A DNA stretch of 64,000 nucleotides from positions 1 through 64,000 of the forward strand of contig JBHLRZ010000002.1 in the NCBI GenBank assembly GCA_048882045.1, given 5' to 3'. Within the stretch, counting starts at the first letter, position 1. Each line of letters begins with the position of its first letter. Shown here piece after piece: positions 1 through 9,369 of this stretch. Source of the stretch: Candidatus Thorarchaeota archaeon (GTDB lineage: Archaea; Asgardarchaeota; Thorarchaeia; Thorarchaeales; Thorarchaeaceae). The notes beneath the pieces were generated by a model, which was not told the origin of the DNA, searched no databases, and saw only the letters and a program-made list of their open reading frames with translations. The translations under genes and the position numbers were made by a program.

Positions 1-375
1 GGTATCGAATGATTGGTTCAGTGCATCAACAAGTAGGTTTCCAGAGATGAAATCCATTAGAATAACACCATCTTCGGCCTTGATTATCTTTGGAACTGCC
101 AGTCCTTTATCCCAACTTGCTTTCAAAATACGCTGTTCAATATTGAACTTGTCTACAACGAACATCTTTGCTACGATATCGACTGGCTTCTCCACATCAA
201 TCTTCAAGTGGACTACGATGTTCTTCTTGCTTCTCAGACGCTCGACTGATTTGATCGATGCATTCTTTCCATACTTGTCTGAGAGCATCTTTTCCAGTGT
301 CGTAATTCGGTCTGGATGAAGTGATTTACCGTCAATACCAGTGGGAAGAGTGGGAAACCATTTCGAGATATCCAT
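1..375 (-). CDS. Protein kinase-like/phosphotransferase (APH/RIO/Bud32-like), N-terminal part; runs off the window
   Basis: Manual translation from ATG 375: MDISKWFPTL...SKKNIVVHLK...IVAKMF...EQRILKASWDKGLAVPKIIKAEDGVILMDFISG; VAK, E-helix and VPK..ILMD(F)I.G resemble a kinase N-lobe. Confidence 0.6.
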   Translation of the reverse strand, partial: MDISKWFPTLPTGIDGKSLHPDRITTLEKMLSDKYGKNASIKSVERLRSKKNIVVHLKIDVEKPVDIVAKMFVVDKFNIEQRILKASWDKGLAVPKIIKAEDGVILMDFISGNLLVDALNQSFDT

Positions 376-461
376 GTCATCTTGTGAACTGTATTTTGTT
401 GCTATTAGGATACCGACACGACCAATCAGGTTTTAACATCAATCCCTAAAATTCCATTGAA

Positions 462-680
462 ATGACCGGTAGAATTTGTAACGTAGAGAGGAACAGGGAA
501 AGATGCGGATGCACATATCCAGGATGTTCGAGAGCAGGATACTGTTGTGACTGTCTACAATATCACTGGAAACATCAGGAACTCCCAGGATGCATATTTC
601 CTCCTGAAGCTGAAAAGACGTACGATAGGTCACTGGCGTACTTTCTTGAGGTCTGGAATAAGAAGATGGGTAAGAGGTAA
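462..680 (+). CDS. Small Cys-rich protein, DUF6485-like
   Basis: CxCTY.GC.R.G.CC.C..YH....ELPGC.F....E.TYDRS pattern. Confidence 0.7.
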   Translation: MTGRICNVERNRERCGCTYPGCSRAGYCCDCLQYHWKHQELPGCIFPPEAEKTYDRSLAYFLEVWNKKMGKR

Positions 681-744
681 TTTTCCCTATAATCTAAGTA
701 AAAAAGGGGGGAGGAGGATATGTCAGGATTTCTCCTTTCATACC

Positions 745-1194
745 CTATGCACGCAAAAGTGGACATTCAAAGAATGTATCAGTAGGCGTGATTGTCAAAT
801 GTCCTAACATCATATGGTGAAGAACGGCATCATCACTGGTTAACTCAAAGTTTGCAATACCATCATTATCGAGATCATGAATTGACAGACCCAATGCGGT
901 AAATGTGACAGCTTGAACCCACCAGCGACCACCATTGTAGTCTTTCTCATATGGAGCTGCTTCAGCTACAGGTCTTTGTCCACCTAGGTTGGTGAACACG
1001 TATAACTTGTCAACTGATTTCAAGTTATTCGGGGGCTTAAATGTGGCTGACGTAAGTATAGTGTCCCAAGCATAACCATCAGCAAGTATGTGATTTTCGG
1101 CTCGCGTAGCACGCGTCGCTGCTCCTGTTGGTACCATTAGTGTTAGGAATAGTCCTACTAGTCCTAAATACACAGCATATTTGTATTTCTTCAT
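745..1194 (-). CDS. Secreted hypothetical protein
   Basis: Basic + hydrophobic signal peptide (MKKYKYAVYLGLVGLFLTLMVPTGAA); VAEAAP...DYNGGRW and terminal FECPLL motifs. Confidence 0.65.
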   Translation of the reverse strand: MKKYKYAVYLGLVGLFLTLMVPTGAATRATRAENHILADGYAWDTILTSATFKPPNNLKSVDKLYVFTNLGGQRPVAEAAPYEKDYNGGRWWVQAVTFTALGLSIHDLDNDGIANFELTSDDAVLHHMMLGHLTITPTDTFFECPLLRA

Positions 1195-1526
1195 TAGGCA
1201 TCACCAACATATGTTATTAACTATTGTTAATTTCTTTATAACGTTATAGGTCTGACTTTAATGATTTCATTCGGGGTGCGTAGTCTAGTTTAGTTAACGT
1301 ACTGAGAGAATGTATGATAGAATACTAGATTACTTCCTCAAAATCTGGGACAGGAAGAGAGGAAAGAGATAGTATTTGATTCTGAATCAATCAAATATGG
1401 AACTATTTCACGAGATCTGACACTTGAATGTGCTTAGAAGTTAGTTAGCATTTCAACAGAAAACGAGTATTTAATACATGGATGAGGCTCGTTGTCTACC
1501 ACTTCGCAATAGACGAGGCGAAAAAG

Positions 1527-2345
1527 ATGGTTTTCAACCTATTTGACATACTAGGATTTCCTGGTTTGGATATCGTCTGGGATATTATCGCATTCTTCAT
1601 CTCATTGATTGTTATTCTGATGCTAGTTCAGATTAACGCTAAAATAGAGCAGAGTGGAAAACTATCAACAGATGTAACCAGGAAAATAATCCACATCTTT
1701 GCAGCTCCATTATGGATTCTGACATGGATGTTGTTTTCTGGAGGGTTCTTCAGTAGATATCTTGCAATAATCGTACCCCTCTTCTTTGTCCTTCAGTTCG
1801 TGGCAATCGGTACTGGTAGGGTCCAGAATCAGGACTTTGTTGATTCAATGTCACGAAGCGGAGACCCAAAGGAGCTTCTGGGTGGAACTCTCTACTATGC
1901 ATTTCTCATGATTGTTTTTGGTATCACTAGCTTCTATGTAGGCGATCCCCTCTACACAACTACTACTCCATTAGCAATCATAGTCTTTGCATGTCTTGCA
2001 GGTGGAGATGGACTGGCAGATGTGATTGGTAGAAAATATGGTGGCGAGAAGAAATTTGGAATTATGGGATCCGAGAGGACCTTGGCTGGTACAATTGGGA
2101 TGTTCATTGGTTCATTTCTCTTCATGTTCGTCCTGATGTTCTTCTTCTCATTTGAAATCAACGCATGGAATCCAATTCCATTACTCGTTCCGCTACTTGT
2201 AATCAGTTTCGTTGCTACAATTGTTGAGGCTCTTTCACCAAAAGGTCTGGATAATTGGACAGTACCAATCATTGTAGCTGTGCTATTGATTTTCATAGTC
2301 TACATTTTCCCTGTATGGACCTTCCCAAATCAGACTCTCTGGTAG
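1527..2345 (+). CDS. Polyprenol/phytol/dolichol kinase family (CTP-dependent), integral membrane protein
   Basis: RKIIHI, MSRSGDPKELLGGTLYY, GGDGLADVIGRKYG, RTLAG and LDN motifs; start placed at ATG 1527. Confidence 0.85.
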   Translation: MVFNLFDILGFPGLDIVWDIIAFFISLIVILMLVQINAKIEQSGKLSTDVTRKIIHIFAAPLWILTWMLFSGGFFSRYLAIIVPLFFVLQFVAIGTGRVQNQDFVDSMSRSGDPKELLGGTLYYAFLMIVFGITSFYVGDPLYTTTTPLAIIVFACLAGGDGLADVIGRKYGGEKKFGIMGSERTLAGTIGMFIGSFLFMFVLMFFFSFEINAWNPIPLLVPLLVISFVATIVEALSPKGLDNWTVPIIVAVLLIFIVYIFPVWTFPNQTLW

Positions 2346-2363
2346 CAACAGAGGTATGAAACA

Positions 2364-3182
2364 TTGGCGAAAGAACTGACGGTACTCAAATTGGGCGGAG
2401 CCCTAATCACTGACAAATCTAAACCATATTCATTCAGACCTGAAGTCCTGAACTCTGCCACACATGAAATTAGAGAGTGTATGGATGATGGATTGATTGA
2501 ATCACTGGTCCTTGTTCAAGGGGTAGGCTCATTTGGTCATCCGCCAGTTCTAGAACATAAACTTCACAAGGGGTTCAAAGGTCCCGAACAATTACTGCCT
2601 CTGACATTTGCTCAAAAGAGTGTAGCCGAGCTAAGAACTCATGTAGTGCAAGCATGTTATGATGCAGGAATCCCTGCATGTCTGATGTATCCATCTTCAA
2701 TGATGGTATCAGAGAAAATGCAGATTGTTCGGTATTTCCTAGAGCCCCTTGAACGTTTTTTGTCACTAGGGATGGTTCCTCTCATTGGAGGAGATATTCT
2801 TGTGGATACTGTTATGGGATTCTCAGTTGGAAGTGGGGATCCAATGCTAACTCTCATTGCTCGTGAATTCGGTGCAAAGAGGATACTATATGCCTCAGAT
2901 GTGTCTGGAATTTATGATAGTGATCCAAAGACGAATCCAGATGCAGTTCTTTTTGACGAAATTGACCTCAGCAATTTGGATGACGCCATTAAGAAAATGG
3001 GAAAGGCTGGAGTTGAAGATGCAAGTGGTGCAATGCGGGGTAAAGTTGCTTCTATTGAACCAGTTACTGACCTCATTAAGGAAGGTCTCGAGGTATCAAT
3101 TCTGTCTATGATGGAATATGGTTCTTTGAAGGCCTTGTTGAACGGTGATACTTCCAAATCCACACAGATTGTTGTGAAGTAA
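2364..3182 (+). CDS. Isopentenyl phosphate kinase family, paralog 1
   Basis: LKLGGALITDK, GxGSFGH (His signature), SGD, SDVSGIYDSDPK, DASGAMRGK. Confidence 0.85.
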   Translation: MAKELTVLKLGGALITDKSKPYSFRPEVLNSATHEIRECMDDGLIESLVLVQGVGSFGHPPVLEHKLHKGFKGPEQLLPLTFAQKSVAELRTHVVQACYDAGIPACLMYPSSMMVSEKMQIVRYFLEPLERFLSLGMVPLIGGDILVDTVMGFSVGSGDPMLTLIAREFGAKRILYASDVSGIYDSDPKTNPDAVLFDEIDLSNLDDAIKKMGKAGVEDASGAMRGKVASIEPVTDLIKEGLEVSILSMMEYGSLKALLNGDTSKSTQIVVK

Positions 3183-3186
3183 TGAA

Positions 3187-3264
3187 TGGCGGGCACGGCA
3201 GGATTCGAACCTGCGACATCTTGCTCCGAAGGCAAGCACCCTATCCGGACTAGATTACGTGCCC
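3187..3264 (-). tRNA. tRNA-Arg(TCG), no intron, CCA encoded
   Basis: Cloverleaf GGGCACG...CTTGC-CT-TCG-GA-GCAAG...GTTCGAATC...CGTGCCC-G-CCA. Confidence 0.97.
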
Positions 3265-3334
3265 GGCCGTTTGTGAGTGTATTCGTTCTTAAGCCCTTCT
3301 ATAGCATGACGATTCTGTTACAGTAAGTCATACT

Positions 3335-3877
3335 TCATTTTCTAATTCGTGTATAGTAGCTCTTTACTAGATTTTCATTGAGCGATTCGGTTTTCTTATG
3401 ACTGAAATGTAATCTTTGGGAGAGTTTGCCAAAAAGAGGAATACCATCCCCAAGGAGAATCGGAATTCTGGTTATTATCATTTCATCTATCAAGTCCTCT
3501 TCAAGAAAACCTTGAATTGTTGTCCCACCATCGATATACAAGTTCTGATATCCCAACTCATTCAAGTGTTCAACAATCTTCTTCGAAGTCCCAGTAAGAG
3601 ATTCTACCTTGTCCTCCAAGTTTCGTGGTACGTTAATCTTGCTTCTACTAAGAACGAATACAGGTTTTGTATATGGCCAAACTTCGAAGGTCATGACCTT
3701 TTCGAAAGTCCTGCGACCCATAACTATAGCGTCAATGTCACTCATGAACTCAGAAAAGCCATAGTCGTTATTTTCTGGATTTGGATTCTCGTTGAGCCAA
3801 TCAAGATCGCCTTCATTTGTTGCGATAAAACCATCCAGACTTGTAGCTATATAGACATAGTTTGTCATGGGTATCAC
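3335..3877 (-). CDS. Dihydrofolate reductase/RibD C-terminal family protein
   Basis: YIATSLDGFIA, MGRRTFE, YIDGG, LIDEMIITRIPILLGDGIPLF. Confidence 0.9.
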   Translation of the reverse strand: MIPMTNYVYIATSLDGFIATNEGDLDWLNENPNPENNDYGFSEFMSDIDAIVMGRRTFEKVMTFEVWPYTKPVFVLSRSKINVPRNLEDKVESLTGTSKKIVEHLNELGYQNLYIDGGTTIQGFLEEDLIDEMIITRIPILLGDGIPLFGKLSQRLHFSHKKTESLNENLVKSYYTRIRK

Positions 3878-3902
3878 GAGTCCTTCTCAAGAATTAGTAT
3901 TT

Positions 3903-4952
3903 CTAGTCCTGTTCGAAGAGTTTTCGCATTTTTGCTTCTGTTGGATTCTTGACCACACCTCTGTCAGTGATAATGGCATCAACCAACTCAGGGGGAGTCA
4001 TGTCAAATGCAGGATTGTATACCTTGGCGTCTGGAACTGTGATGTATTCTCCGTTTATGATACGGATTTCGTCTGGGTCACGCTCTTCAATGATTACATC
4101 TTCTGGATCCGTTTCCATATCAATTGTTGATACTGGAACAACTGAGTAGAATGGAATCTTGTGATATTTCGCCGTGATTGCCATGGTATAGGTTCCAATC
4201 TTGTTAATCACATGACCTGTTCGAAGAATCCTATCCGCACCTACGACACAACAGTCAACTCGACCCTCACGGAACACTGTACCAATCATTCCATCTGTAA
4301 TCAGAGTTGTATCGATATTGTCCTCCATGAACTCATAGACAGTTAGTTTTGCACCTTGTTGACGGGGTCTAGTTTCTGCAGCATAGACTTTGATATCACC
4401 ATTGTATTTTTCGTGAGCTACCCTGATAACTGCACCAACAGTGCCTAGATGGACTGTGGCAAGAGAACCTGCATTACATATGGTCTGGATAGTGTAACCT
4501 GGTTTTATGAGCTGGAGCGCCTGTTCGCCCATGTTCCTGCTCATTCTGACATCTTCTTCAGCAATCTCCTTGGCTTCGTCGATCAGTTTCTGAACTACTT
4601 CATCGACATTTCCTGTAGTTTCAATAGTGTTATTGGCTACATCTAACATACGAGCAGTAGCCCATGTCAGGTTGACTGCTGTTGGTCTTGTGTTTAGGGT
4701 GTCAGATGCCTTCTTGAGATACTCTATCAGCTCTCCGGGTGTTCGGGCCCTGCTCTCGATTGCTGCGAGTGCCATTCCCATTCCAGCAGCAGCACCAATT
4801 GCAGGAGCTCCACGAATCTCCATGATTTTAATGGATTTTGCAATGCGTTCGTGGCTTTTTGTCACAACATGCTCCAAAGTCAAAGGTAGTTTTGTCTGGT
4901 CAACAAGTCTGACCTCTGATGTGTCATCTAACCATTCTATTGTCCTGTACAT
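3903..4952 (-). CDS. mtnA: S-methyl-5-thioribose-1-phosphate isomerase (eIF2B-like family)
   Basis: DQTKLP, IRGAPAIG, TRPTAVNL, TICNAGSLAT, ETRP..QG, GADRI, NKIGTY, NPAFD.TP. Confidence 0.92.
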   Translation of the reverse strand: MYRTIEWLDDTSEVRLVDQTKLPLTLEHVVTKSHERIAKSIKIMEIRGAPAIGAAAGMGMALAAIESRARTPGELIEYLKKASDTLNTRPTAVNLTWATARMLDVANNTIETTGNVDEVVQKLIDEAKEIAEEDVRMSRNMGEQALQLIKPGYTIQTICNAGSLATVHLGTVGAVIRVAHEKYNGDIKVYAAETRPRQQGAKLTVYEFMEDNIDTTLITDGMIGTVFREGRVDCCVVGADRILRTGHVINKIGTYTMAITAKYHKIPFYSVVPVSTIDMETDPEDVIIEERDPDEIRIINGEYITVPDAKVYNPAFDMTPPELVDAIITDRGVVKNPTEAKMRKLFEQD

Positions 4953-5102
4953 CTTGTTCTAACCTCGCATGTGTTGTTTCAGTATTTTTCCTCGAAACCA
5001 GTCACAACAATGAGGTCATCCCAATCCGGCTATAGTTCTTGTGGCCCGGTCGAAGGGTTTTTCACAATAACAGCGAGGCTAGACCTTGTAGGCGATATAC
5101 AG

Positions 5103-5726
5103 TTGTCAGATGAAAATGACGAATTTCCCAACCAAGATGCGGTTGAAGACTTAGAAATTGAGATAGAAGAGGAAGAAGTAGATGAAGAGCCAGCTCCAGT
5201 CATTTTTGAGAAAGGAAAAGGATATGTCGCCAGTGAGAACTCTGATAGAATCTCCCAACAGGGATTTTATGGAAATCGTATCGATGGGAATAGACTTGAG
5301 TTGGAACCTGTTGAACTACTTCATCTCATCGAACGAAAGAGAGTGATAGTTGAAACACCAGATGGAAAGGATGTTGGTCCAGATTATATTGTGAAAGAGC
5401 TGCTAGATGAAGACCCAGATCTTTGGACTCGTTATCTTGTATTCAGAGACCTACGAAGTAGAGGTTATGCAGTTAGACAAGGTTTTGGAGGGGGCATAGG
5501 TTTTAGGGTATATGCACGAGGCGACAAACCAGGATCCTCCAGTGCCAACCAGCTAGTCTATGTGCTAAAAGAAGGTGTGCCGATATCACTCACTGATTTA
5601 GACATGGTGACGCAGACAGCATCAGGTTCAAGAAAAGCCCTCGTATTCGCACTTGTGGATCAGAATGGTGAAGTGAATTTCTATCGAGTTGCCCAAGCAA
5701 AACTGAAGGAACGCGGACGTGATTAG
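5103..5726 (+). CDS. endA: tRNA splicing endonuclease subunit, probably the structural (beta-type) subunit
   Basis: GFYG...L.LEPVELLHL, YLVFRDLRSRGY, FRVYARG, RK.LVFA; catalytic His apparently absent; TTG start at 5103 inferred. Confidence 0.85.
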   Translation: MSDENDEFPNQDAVEDLEIEIEEEEVDEEPAPVIFEKGKGYVASENSDRISQQGFYGNRIDGNRLELEPVELLHLIERKRVIVETPDGKDVGPDYIVKELLDEDPDLWTRYLVFRDLRSRGYAVRQGFGGGIGFRVYARGDKPGSSSANQLVYVLKEGVPISLTDLDMVTQTASGSRKALVFALVDQNGEVNFYRVAQAKLKERGRD

Positions 5727-5727
5727 A

Positions 5728-6990
5728 ATGAAGAACAATGACGACAAAGATGAACTTCTTACTCTTGATGCATTCTTTGATGAACACACAATGAGTGTAC
5801 ATCTGGTAGAAAACAATCCACCACGTGCAAAAAGGGGAGAGCCTGGTAATTGGGAGTTGGTGGAGCTCTCTGATAGACTTCTCACATTTGATGAATTGGA
5901 TACGCTAGCAGATGCAATAATGGAATCCGCGGAGAATGACAGTGATTCCTTCATTGAGATTGAGGAGGAGAGTGCTGCTGTGGTACAGTTGAGGAACCTT
6001 CGAATAGCAATTGCAAGACGCCCATTCGCTGATAAAATGGAGATTTCTGCTATTCGACCAATAGTCAAATTGAATCTAAGTGATTATGAACTTAGTACAA
6101 AGCTGATGAAGAGACTAGAATCAAGAGCAGAAGGAATTCTTGTGTCCGGATCTCCAGGTTCAGGAAAAAGCACATTTGCTGCAGCTCTGGCTGAGTTTTA
6201 CGGTAGCAAGGGAAATGTTGTAAAGACATTGGAACAACCGAGAGACCTTCAAGTAGAAGAGGCGATTGTTCAGTATTCACCTCTCGATGGAAGTATGGAG
6301 AAAGCTGCTGACATTCTCCTTCTTGTTAGACCTGATTTTGTGATATATGACGAACTTAGGAAGAACTCTGATTTCCAAGCATATTCGGATCTTCGTTCAG
6401 CCGGAGTAGGAATGGTTGGAGTAGTACATGCAGGATCGGCTATTGATGCACTTCAGAGACTGTTGTTGGGAGGACGTGTTGAACTCGGTCAGGTACCAAG
6501 TACTGTAGATACGATTGTTCACATAGAGGATGGTCGTGTTGCCAAGGTGTCAGCCCTTTCACTAAAAGTGAAACTCCCAACTGGAATGGGTGGTACACAG
6601 AGAGACCTCGCTCGTCCAGTCGTGGAGGTACGTGACTTTGAACGCGGAGTGCTCGAATATGAGATTTTTACATTTGGTGGTGAAAAGGTCGTTGTTCCAG
6701 TAAGAGCTATCGCACCGAGTGTGAGAGGTGACGGACGTCCTGTGGGGAAAGGTGTTCCTGGTGAAACTGTCCCTGTTTCTGTAAGTTATAGCAAGAAGAA
6801 AGTAACAATTTACACAGGAAGAAAGTACTCAAAACAGAGAATAGAGATATTTGCTGATGATTTGTACTTATTCACAACAGTAGTAGGACGTAATGGAGAA
6901 AGCTCGATTCGAATTAAGACTCGGCAGGGAAGCATGCTTGTTGATGCTATGGAAGAAGGAGCAAGCATCACTGCAAAGATTGCAGAATGA
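5728..6990 (+). CDS. PINA/MJ1533-like (PilT-family) ATPase lacking the PIN domain
   Basis: FFDEHTMSVHL, Walker A GSPGSGKS, KTLEQPRDLQV, LLLVRPDFVIYDELR, DLRSAGVGMVGVVHA. Confidence 0.85.
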   Translation: MKNNDDKDELLTLDAFFDEHTMSVHLVENNPPRAKRGEPGNWELVELSDRLLTFDELDTLADAIMESAENDSDSFIEIEEESAAVVQLRNLRIAIARRPFADKMEISAIRPIVKLNLSDYELSTKLMKRLESRAEGILVSGSPGSGKSTFAAALAEFYGSKGNVVKTLEQPRDLQVEEAIVQYSPLDGSMEKAADILLLVRPDFVIYDELRKNSDFQAYSDLRSAGVGMVGVVHAGSAIDALQRLLLGGRVELGQVPSTVDTIVHIEDGRVAKVSALSLKVKLPTGMGGTQRDLARPVVEVRDFERGVLEYEIFTFGGEKVVVPVRAIAPSVRGDGRPVGKGVPGETVPVSVSYSKKKVTIYTGRKYSKQRIEIFADDLYLFTTVVGRNGESSIRIKTRQGSMLVDAMEEGASITAKIAE

Positions 6991-7041
6991 TTGAACTCTG
7001 CAAAAGCTTTAACAACAGACATCTCACACGCTCATTTCCAA

Positions 7042-7146
7042 GGGCCCGTGGCCTAGCCTGGGCTTAGGGTGAAGTCTCTAAGAGGCTCATAGGGCACTAG
7101 CCTCCTAAGTTAGTAATCCCCGGTTCGAATCCGGGCGGGCCCGCCA
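7042..7146 (+). tRNA. tRNA-Arg(CCT) with 27-nt D-loop intron (19/20; 7062-7088)
   Basis: Perfect BHB: CCTA-GCCT-[GGG]-CTTAGGG / CTCTAAG-AGGC-[TCA]-TAGG; the spliced product is a canonical cloverleaf with CCA. Confidence 0.95.
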
Positions 7147-7208
7147 TAAATTTCGTAGCCAAAATATCCAAATCCTATAATGACAATACCAAATATGGAG
7201 ACAAATGG

Positions 7209-8315
7209 ATGAGTGATGAAAATCACCCGCCCTATGAATTCTTACCTGGGTTGGATCTGAGCGAGGCCTTCTACAAAGAGGCCGTGAAACCTGTTTTGGA
7301 CAAGCATTTCCCCCAACTTTCCTATTCTGCAGCACGTATAGGACAGGGGTCTGATGTGTTGGGTTATGACACAGCACAGTCAATGGACTATAACTGGGGA
7401 CCAAAGTTGCAGATATTCCTGAACGATTCTGACTACGGATCATTAAAGGAAGAGATTGATGAAGTGTTGCGTCAGAACCTTCCTTTTGAGATACGAGGAT
7501 TTCCTACTAACTTTGAGTATAATGAAGATGGCACAGCAAGGATGCATCGTACAAACACTAGACCTGTTAACCATGGAGTCACCATCAATACAGTCAATGG
7601 TTTCTTCTTTGAGTATCTCGGTTTCAATCCTTCAGAAGACTTGCGGATAATTGACTGGTTGGTTCTTCCGCAACAGGTACTTCTGAGTATTGGAAATGGA
7701 CGAGTATTCCATGATGGTCTCGAAAAGCTAAAGCCCATTGTGTCCAAGTTGGAATACTATCCTAAAGATTTGTGGCTGTATCTGTTGTCAAACCAGTGGA
7801 GAAGAATAGCTCAAGAAGTCGCTTTCATGGGGAGATCTGGTCAGGTCGGAGATGAGCTTGGCTCTCGTATTATTGCAACTCGAATTGTTCGAGATGTGAT
7901 GCTGCTCTGTTTCCTGATGGAACGCAAATATGCCCCATATATCAAGTGGTTTGGCACAGCATTTTCCAAGCTTAAGAGTGCTGTGGACCTCACACCGCTG
8001 TTCATGCAGACTCTGGATGCACAGACTTGGCAGAATAGGCAGGATTACCTGTCTATAATCTATGAGTATATTGCAAAGGTGCACAATTCGTTGGAAATCA
8101 CAGAACCCATGGAAACGTCTGTTTCACAGTTTCACAATAGACCATTTATGATAATCCATGCTGATAGTTTTGCAGATGCAATTCATGCTGAAATCAATGA
8201 TGAGGAAGTTAAACAACTGCCAAAGTTTCTAGGTGGAATCAATCAGTACGTCGACTCGACTGATGTACTGTCAAACACGGAGAAGTTCCGTAGATTCTGG
8301 TCGATGTATCAATGA
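7209..8315 (+). CDS. DUF4037 domain-containing protein (nucleotidyltransferase-like N-terminus)
   Basis: ARIG.GSDVLGYD...S.D.NWGP, G.VFHD.L, YYP.D.W, YAPY.KW. Confidence 0.8.
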   Translation: MSDENHPPYEFLPGLDLSEAFYKEAVKPVLDKHFPQLSYSAARIGQGSDVLGYDTAQSMDYNWGPKLQIFLNDSDYGSLKEEIDEVLRQNLPFEIRGFPTNFEYNEDGTARMHRTNTRPVNHGVTINTVNGFFFEYLGFNPSEDLRIIDWLVLPQQVLLSIGNGRVFHDGLEKLKPIVSKLEYYPKDLWLYLLSNQWRRIAQEVAFMGRSGQVGDELGSRIIATRIVRDVMLLCFLMERKYAPYIKWFGTAFSKLKSAVDLTPLFMQTLDAQTWQNRQDYLSIIYEYIAKVHNSLEITEPMETSVSQFHNRPFMIIHADSFADAIHAEINDEEVKQLPKFLGGINQYVDSTDVLSNTEKFRRFWSMYQ

Positions 8316-8317
8316 AT

Positions 8318-9001
8318 CTATCGCTTCAGAATGTCAACACCATCCTCTTTACCCACATGCACTTCATCAGCCATTCCCACAAATAGGCCAGTTTCTACAA
8401 CACCTGGTATCATCTTTAGGTCTGTTGCAATTTTTGCTGGACTCTCAATTGGTTCTGGAAATTTCAGATCTAGAATGAAGTTTCCATTGTCGGTAACAAC
8501 TGGTCCCATCTTCTTCTGGGCTTGCCTCACAGATGGATCGATTCCCATGCTCTTGATTTTCCTATGAACTACACCTAGAGAGAACGGAAGAACCTCAACT
8601 GGAATCAGAAACTTGGATGCAAGCCTGTCGACAAGTTTGGATTCGTCTATGATGATTATTAACTTCTTTGAGGCAGAGGCAACGACCTTTTCCTGAAATA
8701 GTGCTCCTCCTCCTCCTTTCGTCAGATTGAGATTCTTGTCAACCTCATCAGCACCATCAACTGTGATTATCAATTCAGGGCTGATATCAAGATTCGTCAG
8801 AGGAATCTGATATTTCACAGCTAGCTGATAAGCTTGGTAAGAGCTTGGTACAACAGAGATGTCGTTCTCTCCTTTGGATATGAGCCGACCAAGTTCTTTT
8901 GCAAAAATAGCTACTGTAGAACCACTGCCAAGGCCAATGGGGCCAGTCTTGGGTATCCTCTCTAGTGCACTTTTGGCAGCATTCAGTTTCACTTTTGACA
9001 T
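8318..9001 (-). CDS. rpiA: Ribose-5-phosphate isomerase A
   Basis: GLGSGST, DGADEVD, KGGGGAL..EK, TDNGNFILD, PGVVETGLF. Confidence 0.97.
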   Translation of the reverse strand: MSKVKLNAAKSALERIPKTGPIGLGSGSTVAIFAKELGRLISKGENDISVVPSSYQAYQLAVKYQIPLTNLDISPELIITVDGADEVDKNLNLTKGGGGALFQEKVVASASKKLIIIIDESKLVDRLASKFLIPVEVLPFSLGVVHRKIKSMGIDPSVRQAQKKMGPVVTDNGNFILDLKFPEPIESPAKIATDLKMIPGVVETGLFVGMADEVHVGKEDGVDILKR

Positions 9002-9067
9002 GGTACGGTCTCCTATAAGTGTAGATGACTTGTGAACTAAGCTTCCCAAAAGCCTTCCGAGAGGAGA

Positions 9068-9271
9068 TTATACAACACCATATGGACAAAGAGTTCCTGT
9101 TTTTGGTCGCCAGTATACTGCCCATCTTCCATCTTCTGTTTTGACAATGGAAATAGCGCAGTTATCCTCAATTGATTTTGCAAGTACTTCGGCATTTTCT
9201 CTAGTGTGAAGCACATCTACCAGACGATATACTTGACCGTCTACTAACTGCCATCTTGAAGGCTTCATCAT
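9068..9271 (-). CDS. Small hypothetical protein, paralog of 13295..13507
   Basis: Shares W.LV.G.VYRL..V....A...A......KT.D..W.VY.RPK...C with the second copy. Confidence 0.75.
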   Translation of the reverse strand: MMKPSRWQLVDGQVYRLVDVLHTRENAEVLAKSIEDNCAISIVKTEDGRWAVYWRPKTGTLCPYGVV

Positions 9272-9274
9272 GAA

Positions 9275-9308
9275 ATACTGTCATGTTCTTGCCTAATAAT
9301 GACAGTAT
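9275..9308. promoter_or_regulatory. Perfect 10-bp inverted repeat flanking a TATA-like box (putative operator)
   Basis: ATACTGTCAT (9275-9284) N14 ATGACAGTAT (9299-9308); TTATTAGG on the minus strand lies between the arms. Confidence 0.55.
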
Positions 9309-9369
9309 GGTAAAACTAGTCGATGGTTTCACCTAGGAATGAAAAATACTGACAATTGATTCTTGGTTT

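Noticed and set aside
3187-8315. tRNA-anchored integrated element (DHFR-like and DUF4037 genes beside tRNA-Arg genes)
   Set aside because: No integrase and no duplicated tRNA 3' end (att site) seen
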